From a virus (taxonomy: Duplodnaviria > Heunggongvirae > Uroviricota > Caudoviricetes): DNA of 39,993 nucleotides. The stretch covers positions 1-39,993 of IMG/VR virus record IMGVR_UViG_2623620506_000005; one strand, 5' to 3'. The position numbers and the translations under genes were made by a program. The notes beneath the pieces were generated by a model. That model searched no databases. It was not told where the DNA came from and worked only from the letters and a program-made list of their open reading frames with translations. Positions within the stretch are counted from its first letter, which is position 1, and each line of letters opens with the position of its first letter. Shown piece by piece: positions 17,280-26,986 of the stretch.

Positions 17280-17547
17280 CCTTCCCGGATTACTGAATGT
17301 GGCGTTATGCACGGTTATCGTGCTGACGCTCTTTTTTTATCGTCGCCGTGATTCCAGACATAAACCGCTGATGTCATGGCTGGCCTGGCTACTGATGCTG
17401 CTTTATGCCTTTGCACCACTCAGCTATCTGTGTGGTCGCCCGTTAGCGGCGAACTGGCTGGCGGTGGGGCTTAATCTGCTGTTCTGCGTGTTGGTGATTC
17501 GCGCACGCGGGAACGTTTCAAAAATCTTTGTATTACGAAGGCGCTGA
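17269..17547 (+). CDS. holin/antiholin-like membrane protein
   Basis: ATG 17269 (RBS GGTGGAGGAGG) overlapping the previous gene's end; 92 aa with 2-3 hydrophobic helices and basic C-terminus. Confidence 0.5.
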   Translation: MLSNLPGLLNVALCTVIVLTLFFYRRRDSRHKPLMSWLAWLLMLLYAFAPLSYLCGRPLAANWLAVGLNLLFCVLVIRARGNVSKIFVLRRR

Positions 17548-17548
17548 T

Positions 17549-18094
17549 ATGAAGTCGAAAGATGAAATTTTTGACGAAGTTCTGGGAAAAGAGGGCGGTT
17601 ACGTCAATCACCCGGATGATAAAGGCGGACCGACAAAATGGGGTATTACTGAAAAAGTTGCCCGTGCGCACGGATACCAGGGCGATATGCGTGATCTGAC
17701 GCGCGGACAGGCGCTGGAAATACTCGAGGCGGACTACTGGTATGGACCACGTTTTGACCAGGTGGCAGCGTTATCCCCTGATATTGCCGCAGAGTTGTGT
17801 GATACGGGCGTGAACATGGGGCCAACCGTGGCGTCAAAAATGCTTCAACGCTGGCTTAACGTTTTCAACCTGCGCGGGAAACTGTATCCGGATATGGATG
17901 CTGATGGACGCATCGGGCCGCGTACTCTTAATGCGCTACGGGCATATATGAAAAATCGTGGCAGGGATGGCGAACTGGTCTTACTAACCGCGCTGAACTG
18001 TACGCAGGGTGACCGTTATCTGGAGCTGGCAGAGAAACGCGAGGCCAACGAGTCGTTTGTCTATGGCTGGATGAAAGAACGCGTGGGAGTGTAG
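17549..18094 (+). CDS. endolysin, glycoside hydrolase family 108 with C-terminal peptidoglycan-binding domain
   Basis: GH108 signature LGKEGGYVNHPDDKGGPTKWGIT near the N-terminus; C-terminal region consistent with PG_binding_3. ATG 17549 preferred over 17528. Confidence 0.7.
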   Translation: MKSKDEIFDEVLGKEGGYVNHPDDKGGPTKWGITEKVARAHGYQGDMRDLTRGQALEILEADYWYGPRFDQVAALSPDIAAELCDTGVNMGPTVASKMLQRWLNVFNLRGKLYPDMDADGRIGPRTLNALRAYMKNRGRDGELVLLTALNCTQGDRYLELAEKREANESFVYGWMKERVGV

Positions 18095-18434
18095 TTGAAA
18101 TTCCACTTTTCAATGAAGTCGGTAAATCCACTTTGCAGATAGCACGACATTAGACTTACTGAAAAAGCAAAACCCCGGCTGGGGGAACAGTCCGGGGTTT
18201 TCTGTTTCTGACCTTGGGTAAGGCAAAGTAGAACATGAGGAAGTATAAACCAATTCTGTTGAGGTTGACTATGAAAAACGGCCTTGAATTGAAAGCGCCT
18301 GTAACTGATGACATCAGCAGAGCGGTGGCTTTTGCCATTAAGTGGGTGGCTGTCGGTATCGCTGTGTCTCCGATTCTGTATGGGATGGCAAAATTGATCA
18401 TTGCTGTGAAATCGTAAGTGGTGCGGGGGTAAAT

Positions 18435-18569
18435 ATGTCAGATAGCATCATAAAACTAGCGAGGATTCTCTGTGTGGTTGTTGGCCTTTCATTTTCAGTG
18501 ATGCTGGTTGCTATTTTCATTGCTACTGCCTGGAGAGTCTTGAGCTTATCTGGATTGATTGGTGGATAG
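18435..18569 (+). CDS. small membrane protein (possible spanin-like or lysis accessory)
   Basis: 44 aa with one TM helix (LARILCVVVGLSFSVMLVAIFIATAW); RBS GGGGGT. Confidence 0.3.
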   Translation: MSDSIIKLARILCVVVGLSFSVMLVAIFIATAWRVLSLSGLIGG

Positions 18570-18574
18570 CTGAC

Positions 18575-18757
18575 ATGAGCCGAAAACACTGGACACACAG
18601 AGTGCCGCGAACGGCGGCGAAATGGGCACTGGTAGCGATACTGGTGCCTTTTTTTCTGGTGGGATGCGTCAGCCTGGATAAGGCGCGCCAGCTTTTCGAT
18701 ACAGCTTCTCAGGTCTGTGAAATTGTCGACGGTGTTCGGCAGTGTATGCAGAACTGA
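18575..18757 (+). CDS. predicted lipoprotein (o-spanin-like or Bor-like)
   Basis: Signal peptide ending in lipobox FFLVGC; 60 aa with Cys residues in the mature part. Confidence 0.5.
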   Translation: MSRKHWTHRVPRTAAKWALVAILVPFFLVGCVSLDKARQLFDTASQVCEIVDGVRQCMQN

Positions 18758-18931
18758 TCGCCTGTAAGAGCAGAATATTTTGCTGAAAAATGAAGGATGC
18801 GCCGGCGTCCGGAAAGCATGAAATTCTGTGTTTGTGGCTACTCAATAAAATAAATTCTTTCTGTCGCCGCGAATACTCAAATGTTGATCAGCGCCCGGGG
18901 CGGTGACGGGCTTCGATATCAGGAGAAGATA

Positions 18932-19207
18932 ATGGAAAAGAAAGAAGACAAACCAATGGTAATTGGTGCTGTGGCTGTTCCGTTTAAGTTTGAACTGTCA
19001 CAACTGGTGGAGATGCGCATCAGTGATGAATGGGGTGAGGTTAAAGCTCGCGCGCAGTATGCGGATGGCGAAAACCAGTACTTGATCCACTACAAGGCTG
19101 CTGATGGTCGCGCCACAACGGCGTGGTTTGGTGAATCAATGCTGGAAGCAACAGAAGATGCTCGTCATCCGGGCTGTCCGGTATTTGCCTTCATGAAATT
19201 ACCGTAA
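18932..19207 (+). CDS. hypothetical protein
   Basis: ATG 18932 after AGGAG RBS; 91 aa; no family recognised. Confidence 0.45.
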   Translation: MEKKEDKPMVIGAVAVPFKFELSQLVEMRISDEWGEVKARAQYADGENQYLIHYKAADGRATTAWFGESMLEATEDARHPGCPVFAFMKLP

Positions 19208-19485
19208 GGTGCGGTAGTTAATGAGTAACAGGCATTACAGCAGCTCTTCAGCGAGGGGCTGCGATAATGTGAGGAATAAAAAACCGGCAGGGGAAATCCA
19301 TTGAAGATTTGCCGGTGGCGAAAGATGGCCATGTTTTTAACCTTAGTAGCAGAGTTACGGAGTGCAACAACGGATGCTGCCGGTATAGGACTGAATGGCG
19401 TTTCAATGATGTACATCATCTTATCCGCAAATTTCAATGATAAATGTTCTCATTTGCGCGGGTCCTTTCTGAAATCTGAAACACC

Positions 19486-19645
19486 GGGGGGCGGCAGACG
19501 CGCAAAAACGCGCTATTTATGAAAATTTTCAGGGAACCATGTCCGGTTTCCCTACTGGTTAACTATATGAAAAATATAAAAACAAGCTTTTTGTGAACCG
19601 GACATGTACAAAAAACGAACATGCAAACCGGACATGGGCGGTTTT
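19486..19645. other. candidate cos region (cosN-like GGGCGGCAGACG plus cosB-like repeated sites)
   Basis: GGGCGGCAGACG at 19489-19500 resembles the lambda cohesive end GGGCGGCGACCT; three copies of CCGGACATG (one inverted) at about 19546-19641, just upstream of the terminase small-subunit gene. Confidence 0.45.
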
Positions 19646-19680
19646 CTGATTGTGAGGTGAGAGTTTTTGCGAGGTAAGTC

Positions 19681-20190
19681 GTGGCTACGCAGACTGAAGT
19701 TGCCAGGCATTTGAGTCTGACCGATCGCCAGCTTCGCAGATTGCAGAAATTGCCTGGTGCCCCGGTCTCGAATAAACGGGGGCATCATGACTTGGATGCC
19801 TGGCGTGATTTTTACATATCGTATCTGAGGAGAAGTAAAAATGATGTGTCTGATGGTGATAGCGAAGAAGACTATGAAGAAAAATTACTTATCGCCAGAT
19901 GGAAATTGACTGAAGAACAGGCAATAGCACAGCAATTAAAAAATCAGGTAACTGAAGGCAGACTTATTGATTCAGGGTTTTGCGTTTTCGCTCTCAGCAA
20001 ACTGGCGATGGCATTGTCCAGTACGCTTGATTCCATTCCTTTATCCATGCAGCGACAGTTTCCGGATTTAACTCCGCGTCATATTGATCATCTGAAAACT
20101 CTTATCGCAAAGGGAGCGAATCAGTGCGCGCGGGCAGGGGATAAATTACCGGAGTTACTCGATGAATATATCCGAATTACAGCTGAATAA
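19681..20190 (+). CDS. nu1: terminase small subunit (lambda Nu1-like)
   Basis: GTG start with GAGGTAAG RBS; C-terminal half aligns with remembered lambda Nu1 (FCVFALSKLA...LSMQRQFPDL...LPELLDEYI). Confidence 0.8.
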   Translation: MATQTEVARHLSLTDRQLRRLQKLPGAPVSNKRGHHDLDAWRDFYISYLRRSKNDVSDGDSEEDYEEKLLIARWKLTEEQAIAQQLKNQVTEGRLIDSGFCVFALSKLAMALSSTLDSIPLSMQRQFPDLTPRHIDHLKTLIAKGANQCARAGDKLPELLDEYIRITAE

Positions 20191-22078
20191 TATGATGATC
20201 GCCGTCACAACCGCATTGCAGCCACTAATAAGGGCACTGCCGGTGACGCCAGTTGAATGGGCTGATCAAAATTATTATCTGCCTAAAGAGTCGTCATATG
20301 TTGATGGAGAATGGAAGACCCTGCCGTTTCAGGTTGCCATCATGAACAGCATGGGAAATGACCGGATCCGTACTGTTAATCTGATTAAATCGGCGCGTGT
20401 GGGTTACACCAAAATGCTGCTGGGCGTGGTTGGGTATTTTATTGAGCATAAATCCCGTAACAGCCTGCTCTTCCAGCCGACAGATTCTGCAGCTGAAGAT
20501 TTCATGAAAGCGCATGTGGAGGCTACGCTGCGGGATGTCCCCTGCCTTAAAGCGTTATCGCCATGGCTGGGAAGAAAGCACCGTGATAATACACTCACCC
20601 TGAAGCGTTTTTCCTCCGGCGTGGGGTTCTGGTGCCTGGGCGGTGCCGCAGCTAAAAACTACCGTGAAAAATCTGTGGATGTGGTCTGCTATGACGAACT
20701 CTCCTCGTTTGAACCGGATGTGGAAAAAGAAGGTTCGCCGACGCTTCTTGGCGATAAACGTATCGAAGGCTCGGTATGGCCTAAATCCATACGCGGTTCA
20801 ACGCCAAAAATTAAAGGTTCCTGTCAGATTGAGAAAGCCGCGAATGAATCTGCGCATTTCATGCGGTTTTATGTTCCTTGCCCTCATTGCGGGGAGACCC
20901 AGTATCTGAAGTTTGGCGATGATGCGACGCCGTTTGGCCTGAAATGGGAGAAGGGTAAACCGGAAACGGTGTATTACCTGTGTGAACACAATGGCTGTGT
21001 GATCCGCCAGTCGGAACTTGACCAGACCGACGGACGCTGGATTTGTGACAATACCGGGATGTGGACGTGTGACGGCCTGACATTTTACAGCGCCGGTGAT
21101 GAGGAGATACCGCCACCGCGCTCAATCACGTACCACGTGTGGACGGCGTACAGTCCGTTCACCACCTGGGTACAGATTGTTTATGACTGGCTGGATGCGC
21201 TGAAGGATCCGAACGGCGTCAAGACGTTTATTAACACCACGCTCGGAGAACCCTATGAAGAGGCCGTGGCAGAAAAGCTGAGTTTCGAGTTATTGCTGGA
21301 AAAGGTCTGTCACTATGGCGCGCAGGTTCCCCTGCGGGTGGTTTACCTGACTGCCGGGATCGACTCCCAGAAAGATCGCTATGAAATTTATGTCTGGGGC
21401 TGGGCTCCCGGCGAAGAAGCCTTTCTGATTGACAAGCAAATTATCATGGGGCGACCGGAAGACGAGGACACCCTTAAACGTGTTGATGCGGTGATCAGGA
21501 AAAAATACCTCCATGCTGACGGTACTGAAATTTCCATTTCCCGCGTCTGCTGGGATACCGGTGGTATCGACCAGGACATTGTGTATCAGCGTTCCAGAAA
21601 ACACGGCACTTTTTTTGTGCTTCCCATTAAAGGGGCATCGGTGTACGGCAAGCCGGTGATCACCATGCCCAAAAAGCGCAACCAGCGTGGGGTGTTTTTG
21701 TGTGAGGTGGGCTCTGATACCGTCAAGGAAATGCTGTACGCCCGTTTTGCCCTGCCGGTGGTCTCTGCCAGTGACGCCGCCCCGTATACCTTCCGTTTTC
21801 CGGATAACCCGGACATTTTTTCGGAAGAAGAGGCGCGTCAGATCGTGGCGGAAGAACTGGTGGAGAAGGTGGTTAATGGCAGGGTGAAACTGCTGTGGGA
21901 TAAAAAAGGGCGACGCAACGAAGCCCTAGACTGCCTGGTATATGCCTATGCTGCCCTGCGTATTTCAGTTCAGCGATGGCAGCTGGACCTTGAGGCACTG
22001 GCCCGGGCACGAAGAGACGAGCAGGACGAGGATGATATGAGTCTGGAAGAAATCGCGGCTGCACTGAGTGGAGGATAA
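20162..22078 (+). CDS. A: terminase large subunit (lambda gpA-like)
   Basis: 638 aa; overlaps the Nu1 3' end as in lambda; gpA-family features and position. Confidence 0.9.
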   Translation: MNISELQLNNMMIAVTTALQPLIRALPVTPVEWADQNYYLPKESSYVDGEWKTLPFQVAIMNSMGNDRIRTVNLIKSARVGYTKMLLGVVGYFIEHKSRNSLLFQPTDSAAEDFMKAHVEATLRDVPCLKALSPWLGRKHRDNTLTLKRFSSGVGFWCLGGAAAKNYREKSVDVVCYDELSSFEPDVEKEGSPTLLGDKRIEGSVWPKSIRGSTPKIKGSCQIEKAANESAHFMRFYVPCPHCGETQYLKFGDDATPFGLKWEKGKPETVYYLCEHNGCVIRQSELDQTDGRWICDNTGMWTCDGLTFYSAGDEEIPPPRSITYHVWTAYSPFTTWVQIVYDWLDALKDPNGVKTFINTTLGEPYEEAVAEKLSFELLLEKVCHYGAQVPLRVVYLTAGIDSQKDRYEIYVWGWAPGEEAFLIDKQIIMGRPEDEDTLKRVDAVIRKKYLHADGTEISISRVCWDTGGIDQDIVYQRSRKHGTFFVLPIKGASVYGKPVITMPKKRNQRGVFLCEVGSDTVKEMLYARFALPVVSASDAAPYTFRFPDNPDIFSEEEARQIVAEELVEKVVNGRVKLLWDKKGRRNEALDCLVYAYAALRISVQRWQLDLEALARARRDEQDEDDMSLEEIAAALSGG

Positions 22079-22081
22079 GTG

Positions 22082-22291
22082 ATGATTTATACACATGAGA
22101 TGCTTTGCGAAGCGCGTCGGGCGCTGCATGAACTGATGATAGGGCGTGCTGTGGCTTCTGTCAGTAAGAACGGACGACAGGTACAGTATTCGCGGGCGAC
22201 GATTAATGAATTACGGCGATATATTGAGGAAATTGAAAGTGCGCTTGGAATGTCCGGTCGTCGCCGTGGCCCTGCAGGAGTACGACTGTGA
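22082..22291 (+). CDS. W: head-tail joining protein W (lambda gpW-like)
   Basis: RALHELMIGRAVASVSKNGRQVQYS...RRRGPAG closely parallels lambda gpW; start at ATG 22082 (GTG 22079 also possible). Confidence 0.8.
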   Translation: MIYTHEMLCEARRALHELMIGRAVASVSKNGRQVQYSRATINELRRYIEEIESALGMSGRRRGPAGVRL

Positions 22292-23859
22292 GCGGGGGAC
22301 TGGTGGATCTTCACGGGCAACCTTTGCGGCAGAGTATGGGATATTCCGGCAGCGGCTCCGGATTCGGAGGGCAACTGGCTGAATGGTTGCCAGCACCGGA
22401 AAGTGCCGATGTGGCGCTCTTACCTTCCATTCAACTGGGTAACGCCCGTGCAGACGATCTGGTCCGTAACAACGGTATTGCCGCAAATGCTGTAGAAATT
22501 CATAAAGACCATATCGTCGGTCACATGTTTCGCCTGAGCTACCGACCCAACTGGCGCTGGCTGGGGATGTCAGAAGCTGATTCGCATGCCTTTATTGAAG
22601 ATGTGGAGGCGGCGTGGATGGAATATTGCGATCCGGTATTTGGTTCGATGGATGTGGAAGGGCGTCGCTCGTTTACCGAATTTATTCGTGAAGGGGTGGG
22701 GGTCCATACTTTTAACGGTGAAATTTTTGTCCAGCCCGTATGGGATACGGAATCCACGTCATTATTCAGAACAAAATTCAAGACCATCAGTCCGAAGCGC
22801 GTCAGCACGCCCGGTTATGGCATCGGCGATCGTTTTATGCGTGCCGGAGTGGAAATCAACCGTCACGGAAAGGCGATGGCTTATCATGTTCAGGACGATG
22901 ACTGGCCTGGCTACGGTGTCAGCAACTGGACACGGATTGCGGCGACGCTGCCCTCCGGGCGACCGGGAATGATCCATGTGTTTCAGCCGCAGGAGGACGG
23001 ACAGACGCGCGGGGCCAACCAGTTTTATTCCGTGATGGAGCGCCTCAAGATGCTCGACACACTACAGGCCACGCAACTGCAGTCGGCGGTGGTGCGGGCG
23101 ATGTATGCCGCGACGATTGAATCCACACTGGATTCGGAAAAAGCATTTGAATATATCGCCGGGGTGGGAGATGGCGGTAAAAATCCCCTGAACACCATCA
23201 TGAAAGGCTATGCGCGCTATTACGCCACCAATACGGTAAAGATGGGGGGGGTTCGTATTCCGCATCTTTATCCGGGGGATTCACTGAATCTGCAGACAGC
23301 ACAGAATGCGGATAATGGTTTTTCTGAACTGGAAAAGGCGCTGTTACGTTACATTGCTGCCGGACTGGGCGTGTCCTATGAGCAGCTTTCCCGCGATTAT
23401 TCACAGGTCAGTTATTCCAGTGCCAGAGCATCCGCCAATGAGTCGTGGCGGTATTTTATGGGGAAACGAAAATTTGTGGCCAGCCGACTGGCGTCACAGA
23501 TGTTTGCCTGCTGGCTGGAGGAAGCCCTTATTCGCGGTGTGATCCGCCCACCGAAATCCCGTTTCTCATTCTGGGAGGCCCGTTCCGGGTGGTGTCGTGC
23601 CGAGTGGATTGGTGCCGGCCGCATGGCGATTGATGGCCTTAAGGAGGTGCAGGAGGCGGTGATGCGTATTGAAGGTGGCCTGAGCACGTACGAGAAGGAG
23701 CTGGCCCTGATGGGTGATGACTATCAGGAGATTTTCCGCCAGCAACTGCGTGAAAGCCAGGAGCGACAGGCGGCTGGTCTTCCCCGCCCCATCTGGATAA
23801 AGGATACGTTTCAGCAGCAGATCCGACAGACAACGGGAGAAAAAGTCGATGCGTCGTAA
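22288..23859 (+). CDS. B: portal protein (lambda gpB-like)
   Basis: 523 aa; GTG start after GGAG; position after A/W and lambda-B-like length. Confidence 0.85.
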   Translation: MSGGLVDLHGQPLRQSMGYSGSGSGFGGQLAEWLPAPESADVALLPSIQLGNARADDLVRNNGIAANAVEIHKDHIVGHMFRLSYRPNWRWLGMSEADSHAFIEDVEAAWMEYCDPVFGSMDVEGRRSFTEFIREGVGVHTFNGEIFVQPVWDTESTSLFRTKFKTISPKRVSTPGYGIGDRFMRAGVEINRHGKAMAYHVQDDDWPGYGVSNWTRIAATLPSGRPGMIHVFQPQEDGQTRGANQFYSVMERLKMLDTLQATQLQSAVVRAMYAATIESTLDSEKAFEYIAGVGDGGKNPLNTIMKGYARYYATNTVKMGGVRIPHLYPGDSLNLQTAQNADNGFSELEKALLRYIAAGLGVSYEQLSRDYSQVSYSSARASANESWRYFMGKRKFVASRLASQMFACWLEEALIRGVIRPPKSRFSFWEARSGWCRAEWIGAGRMAIDGLKEVQEAVMRIEGGLSTYEKELALMGDDYQEIFRQQLRESQERQAAGLPRPIWIKDTFQQQIRQTTGEKVDAS

Positions 23860-25465
23860 TTTATCGCATATTGCCGCCATGGCATTTAATGAACCGCTTT
23901 TACTGGAGCCCGCCTATGCGCGGGTTTTCTTTTGCGCGCTGGGTAAAGAGATGGGGGCCGGCAGCCTTGCCGTTCCTCAGCAGGCTGTTCAGCTTGATGC
24001 TGACGGTATGCAACTGGCTGTGACTGACTATATGGCGGGCGGTCAGCGCCCGGCGAAGAGTTACCAGGTGAAGAATGGCATCGCCATTCTGCCAGTGAGC
24101 GGCACGCTGGTGCATAAACTGGGTACCCTGCGGCCTTACTCCGGCATGACAGGCTATGACGGTCTGACTGCTCGTCTTCAGATGGCGGTGAATGATCCGG
24201 ATGTGCGCGGCATTTTGCTGGATATCGACAGCCCAGGCGGTCAGGCTGCCGGGGCGTTTGACTGTGCTGACATGATTTACCGTCTGCGGGAACAGAAGCC
24301 CGTGTGGGCGCTGTGTAATGACATGGCCTGTTCAGCCGCCATGTTGCTGGCGGCAGCCTGTACCCGTCGGCTGGTCACGCAGACGGCAAAAATTGGTTCG
24401 ATTGGCGTGATGATGGCGCACACCAGTTATGAGAAACAACTGGCACAGGAAGGGGTGGACATCACGCTGATTTACTCCGGGCAGCACAAGGTTGACGGCA
24501 ACAGTATTCAGGCATTGCCGGCAGGTGTGCGTGCAGATTTTCAGCGCCGTATTGATGAGGCCCGCCGGATGTTTGTCGACAAGGTGGCGCTTTATACGGG
24601 GCTGAGTTCAGAGGCTTTGATGAATACCGAGGCTGCCGTTTATGACGGTCAGGCAGGCATTGATGCAGGCCTGGCTGATCAACTGATTAATGCTGCAGAT
24701 GCCGTTGAAGTGATGGTTTCTGCACTGAATGACTCTGTTACGAAGGAGAATGCAATGACTGTTAAAAATCTCACCGTTGCTGAAGCGGTGGCCCAGGAAA
24801 ATCAGCGCGTGATGGGGATCCTGAATTGTCAGGAGGCGAAAGGGCGCGAGCAACTGGCGCAAATGCTGGCAGGTCAGCCTGGAATGACGGTAGAGCAGGC
24901 GAAAGCGTTCCTGGCTGCTGTGCCTGCTGCCAGTGTGGCAAATACAGGTGATCAGATTATGGGGCTGCCGGAAGCAAAGGGGCGTGAGCAACTGGCACAG
25001 ATGCTGGCAGGTCAGCCGGGGATGACGGTGGAGCAGGCGAAAGCGTTTCTGGCGGCAGCCCCTGCTGCTGGTGCTGCAGGCACAGGCGATCAGATTATGG
25101 CGTTACCGGAAGCAAAAGGGCGTGAACAACTCGCGCAGGCGCTGGCTGAACAGCCGGGAATGACCGTTGACCAGGCCAAAACGTTACTGGCGGCGGCACC
25201 GGTTGCTGGTTCTGCAAGTGTCGGCGATCAGATTATGGCGCTGCCGGAGGCAAAAGGGCGCGAGCAACTTGCACAGGCACTGACAGAACAACCGGGAATG
25301 ACGGTGGCGCAGGCGAAAACGCTGCTGGCAGCCGCGCCGGCGGCATCGCAACCGTCACAGGAAACACTTTTTGATCGCTTTATGGCACAGCATGCTGCCA
25401 GTGCGGTTTCCGGTGGCGGAACTGCCGGGCGCGGGGAGGAAGACCTGCTGATGAGTATGCCGTAA
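23849..25465 (+). CDS. C: head maturation protease / scaffold (lambda gpC-like S49 peptidase with repeat-containing C-terminal region)
   Basis: 538 aa; ClpP/S49-like N-terminal half; C-terminal region has four tandem 46-aa repeats. Confidence 0.85.
   Translation: MRRNLSHIAAMAFNEPLLLEPAYARVFFCALGKEMGAGSLAVPQQAVQLDADGMQLAVTDYMAGGQRPAKSYQVKNGIAILPVSGTLVHKLGTLRPYSGMTGYDGLTARLQMAVNDPDVRGILLDIDSPGGQAAGAFDCADMIYRLREQKPVWALCNDMACSAAMLLAAACTRRLVTQTAKIGSIGVMMAHTSYEKQLAQEGVDITLIYSGQHKVDGNSIQALPAGVRADFQRRIDEARRMFVDKVALYTGLSSEALMNTEAAVYDGQAGIDAGLADQLINAADAVEVMVSALNDSVTKENAMTVKNLTVAEAVAQENQRVMGILNCQEAKGREQLAQMLAGQPGMTVEQAKAFLAAVPAASVANTGDQIMGLPEAKGREQLAQMLAGQPGMTVEQAKAFLAAAPAAGAAGTGDQIMALPEAKGREQLAQALAEQPGMTVDQAKTLLAAAPVAGSASVGDQIMALPEAKGREQLAQALTEQPGMTVAQAKTLLAAAPAASQPSQETLFDRFMAQHAASAVSGGGTAGRGEEDLLMSMP
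24833..25350 (+). repeat. tandem direct repeat, about 138 bp x 3.7 copies, inside the protease/scaffold gene
   Basis: Unit EAKGREQLAQMLAGQPGMTVEQAKAFLAAxPAA...GDQIM(A/G)LP starts at 24833, 24971, 25109, 25247 (last copy partial). Confidence 0.85.
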
Positions 25466-25503
25466 GCGATATCCGGAATTCAGATAAATCAGGAGGCTGA
25501 AAA

Positions 25504-25839
25504 ATGATTAAAACCACCACGGAAAAGCGCGCGGATGTGCACATTTTTGCCGGAAACGATCCGGCGCATACCGCAAAAGCCACCAGTGGTATCAGTGCCG
25601 CCATGCCTGCACTGACGCCACTGATGCTGGATGACGCCACCGGTAAACTGGTGGCATGGGATGGTCAGAAAGCCGGAACGGCAGTGGGCGTGCTGGCTCT
25701 GGCGCTTACCGGGACCGAGTCCATGCTGACGTACTACAAAAGCGGTACGTTTGCCACTGAGTCGCTGGTCTGGCCTGACTCTGTGGATGCGGTGAAAAAA
25801 GCCAACGCATTTGTGGGAAGTGCCATCAGCCACGCCTGA
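25504..25839 (+). CDS. D: head decoration protein (lambda gpD-like)
   Basis: NDPAHTA...MPALTPLMLD...KLVAWDG...YKSGTF...AISHA aligns with remembered lambda gpD. Confidence 0.9.
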   Translation: MIKTTTEKRADVHIFAGNDPAHTAKATSGISAAMPALTPLMLDDATGKLVAWDGQKAGTAVGVLALALTGTESMLTYYKSGTFATESLVWPDSVDAVKKANAFVGSAISHA

Positions 25840-25907
25840 TGGTGAAGTGATTAACTGAAAAACGGGTCGCGATGCGGCCCGTTTGTGTTTCTGAAGGAAA
25901 ATAAATT

Positions 25908-26936
25908 ATGGGGTTATTTACCACGCGTCAGTTACTCGGGTACACCGAGCAGAAAGTGAAATTTCGTGCGCTGTTTCTGGAGCTGTTCTTTCGTCGCACG
26001 ATCACTTTCCATACTCAGGAAGTCATGCTGGATAAAATTACCGGCAAAACACCGGTCGCGGCGTATGTGTCTCCGGTGGTGTCAGGCAAAGTGCTGCGCA
26101 GCCGTGGTGGTGAAACCCGCGTGTTACGTCCCGGTTATGTAAAACCAAAACACCGCTTTGATTATCAGCAGGCAGTGGAACGTCTTCCGGGAGAGGATCC
26201 GGCCCGCCTTAATGACCCGGCTTACCGCCGTCTGCGTATTCTGACAGACAACCTGAAACAGGAAGAGCAGGCGATTGTGCAGGTGGAAGAAATGCAGGCG
26301 GTCAGTGCCGTTCTGCAGGGTAAATACACCATGAGCGGCGAGCAGTTTGAGACGGTGGAAGTGGATTTTGGGCGTTCTGCCGCCAATAACATTACGCAGG
26401 CTGGCGGACGCGAATGGTCACAGCAGAATGCTGACACCTTCGATCCGACGCATGATCTGGATGCGTACTGCGATTTCGCTTCCGGCACCATCAATATCGC
26501 AATTATGGACGGCACGGTCTGGCGTATGCTGAACGGTTTTAAACTGTTCCGTGAAAAACTGGATACCCGCCGTGGCTCCAAATCTGAGCTGGAAACGGCA
26601 CTGAAAGACCTGGGCTCCGTGGTTTCCTTTAAAGGTTATTACGGCGATCTGGCAATTGTGGTGGCGAAGACAACGTATGTTGACGAAAACGGGGATGAAC
26701 AGCGTTATCTGCCGGAAGGTACACTGATTCTGGGGAACACTCAGGCGGAAGGCGTCCGTTGTTATGGTGCCATTCAGGATAATCAGGCACTGAGTGAAGG
26801 GATCACCTCTGCGATTCGTTATCCGAAACACTGGGAGGAAGTGGGGGATCCTGGTTGCGAATATACCATGACGCAGTCTGCGCCGTTGATGGTGCTGCCG
26901 GATCCGGATGCGTTTGTGGTGGTTCAGGTGAAATAA
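25908..26936 (+). CDS. E: major capsid protein (lambda gpE-like)
   Basis: 342 aa; position after D; lambda E-like length. Confidence 0.85.
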   Translation: MGLFTTRQLLGYTEQKVKFRALFLELFFRRTITFHTQEVMLDKITGKTPVAAYVSPVVSGKVLRSRGGETRVLRPGYVKPKHRFDYQQAVERLPGEDPARLNDPAYRRLRILTDNLKQEEQAIVQVEEMQAVSAVLQGKYTMSGEQFETVEVDFGRSAANNITQAGGREWSQQNADTFDPTHDLDAYCDFASGTINIAIMDGTVWRMLNGFKLFREKLDTRRGSKSELETALKDLGSVVSFKGYYGDLAIVVAKTTYVDENGDEQRYLPEGTLILGNTQAEGVRCYGAIQDNQALSEGITSAIRYPKHWEEVGDPGCEYTMTQSAPLMVLPDPDAFVVVQVK

Positions 26937-26940
26937 GACG

Positions 26941-26967
26941 GGGCGGGATATTCCCGCCTTTTTCTTT
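26941..26967 (+). terminator. rho-independent terminator/attenuator after the major capsid gene
   Basis: GGCGGGA-TAT-TCCCGCC hairpin followed by TTTTTCTTT. Confidence 0.6.
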
Positions 26968-26986
26968 AGCGCACGGGAGAGATGTG

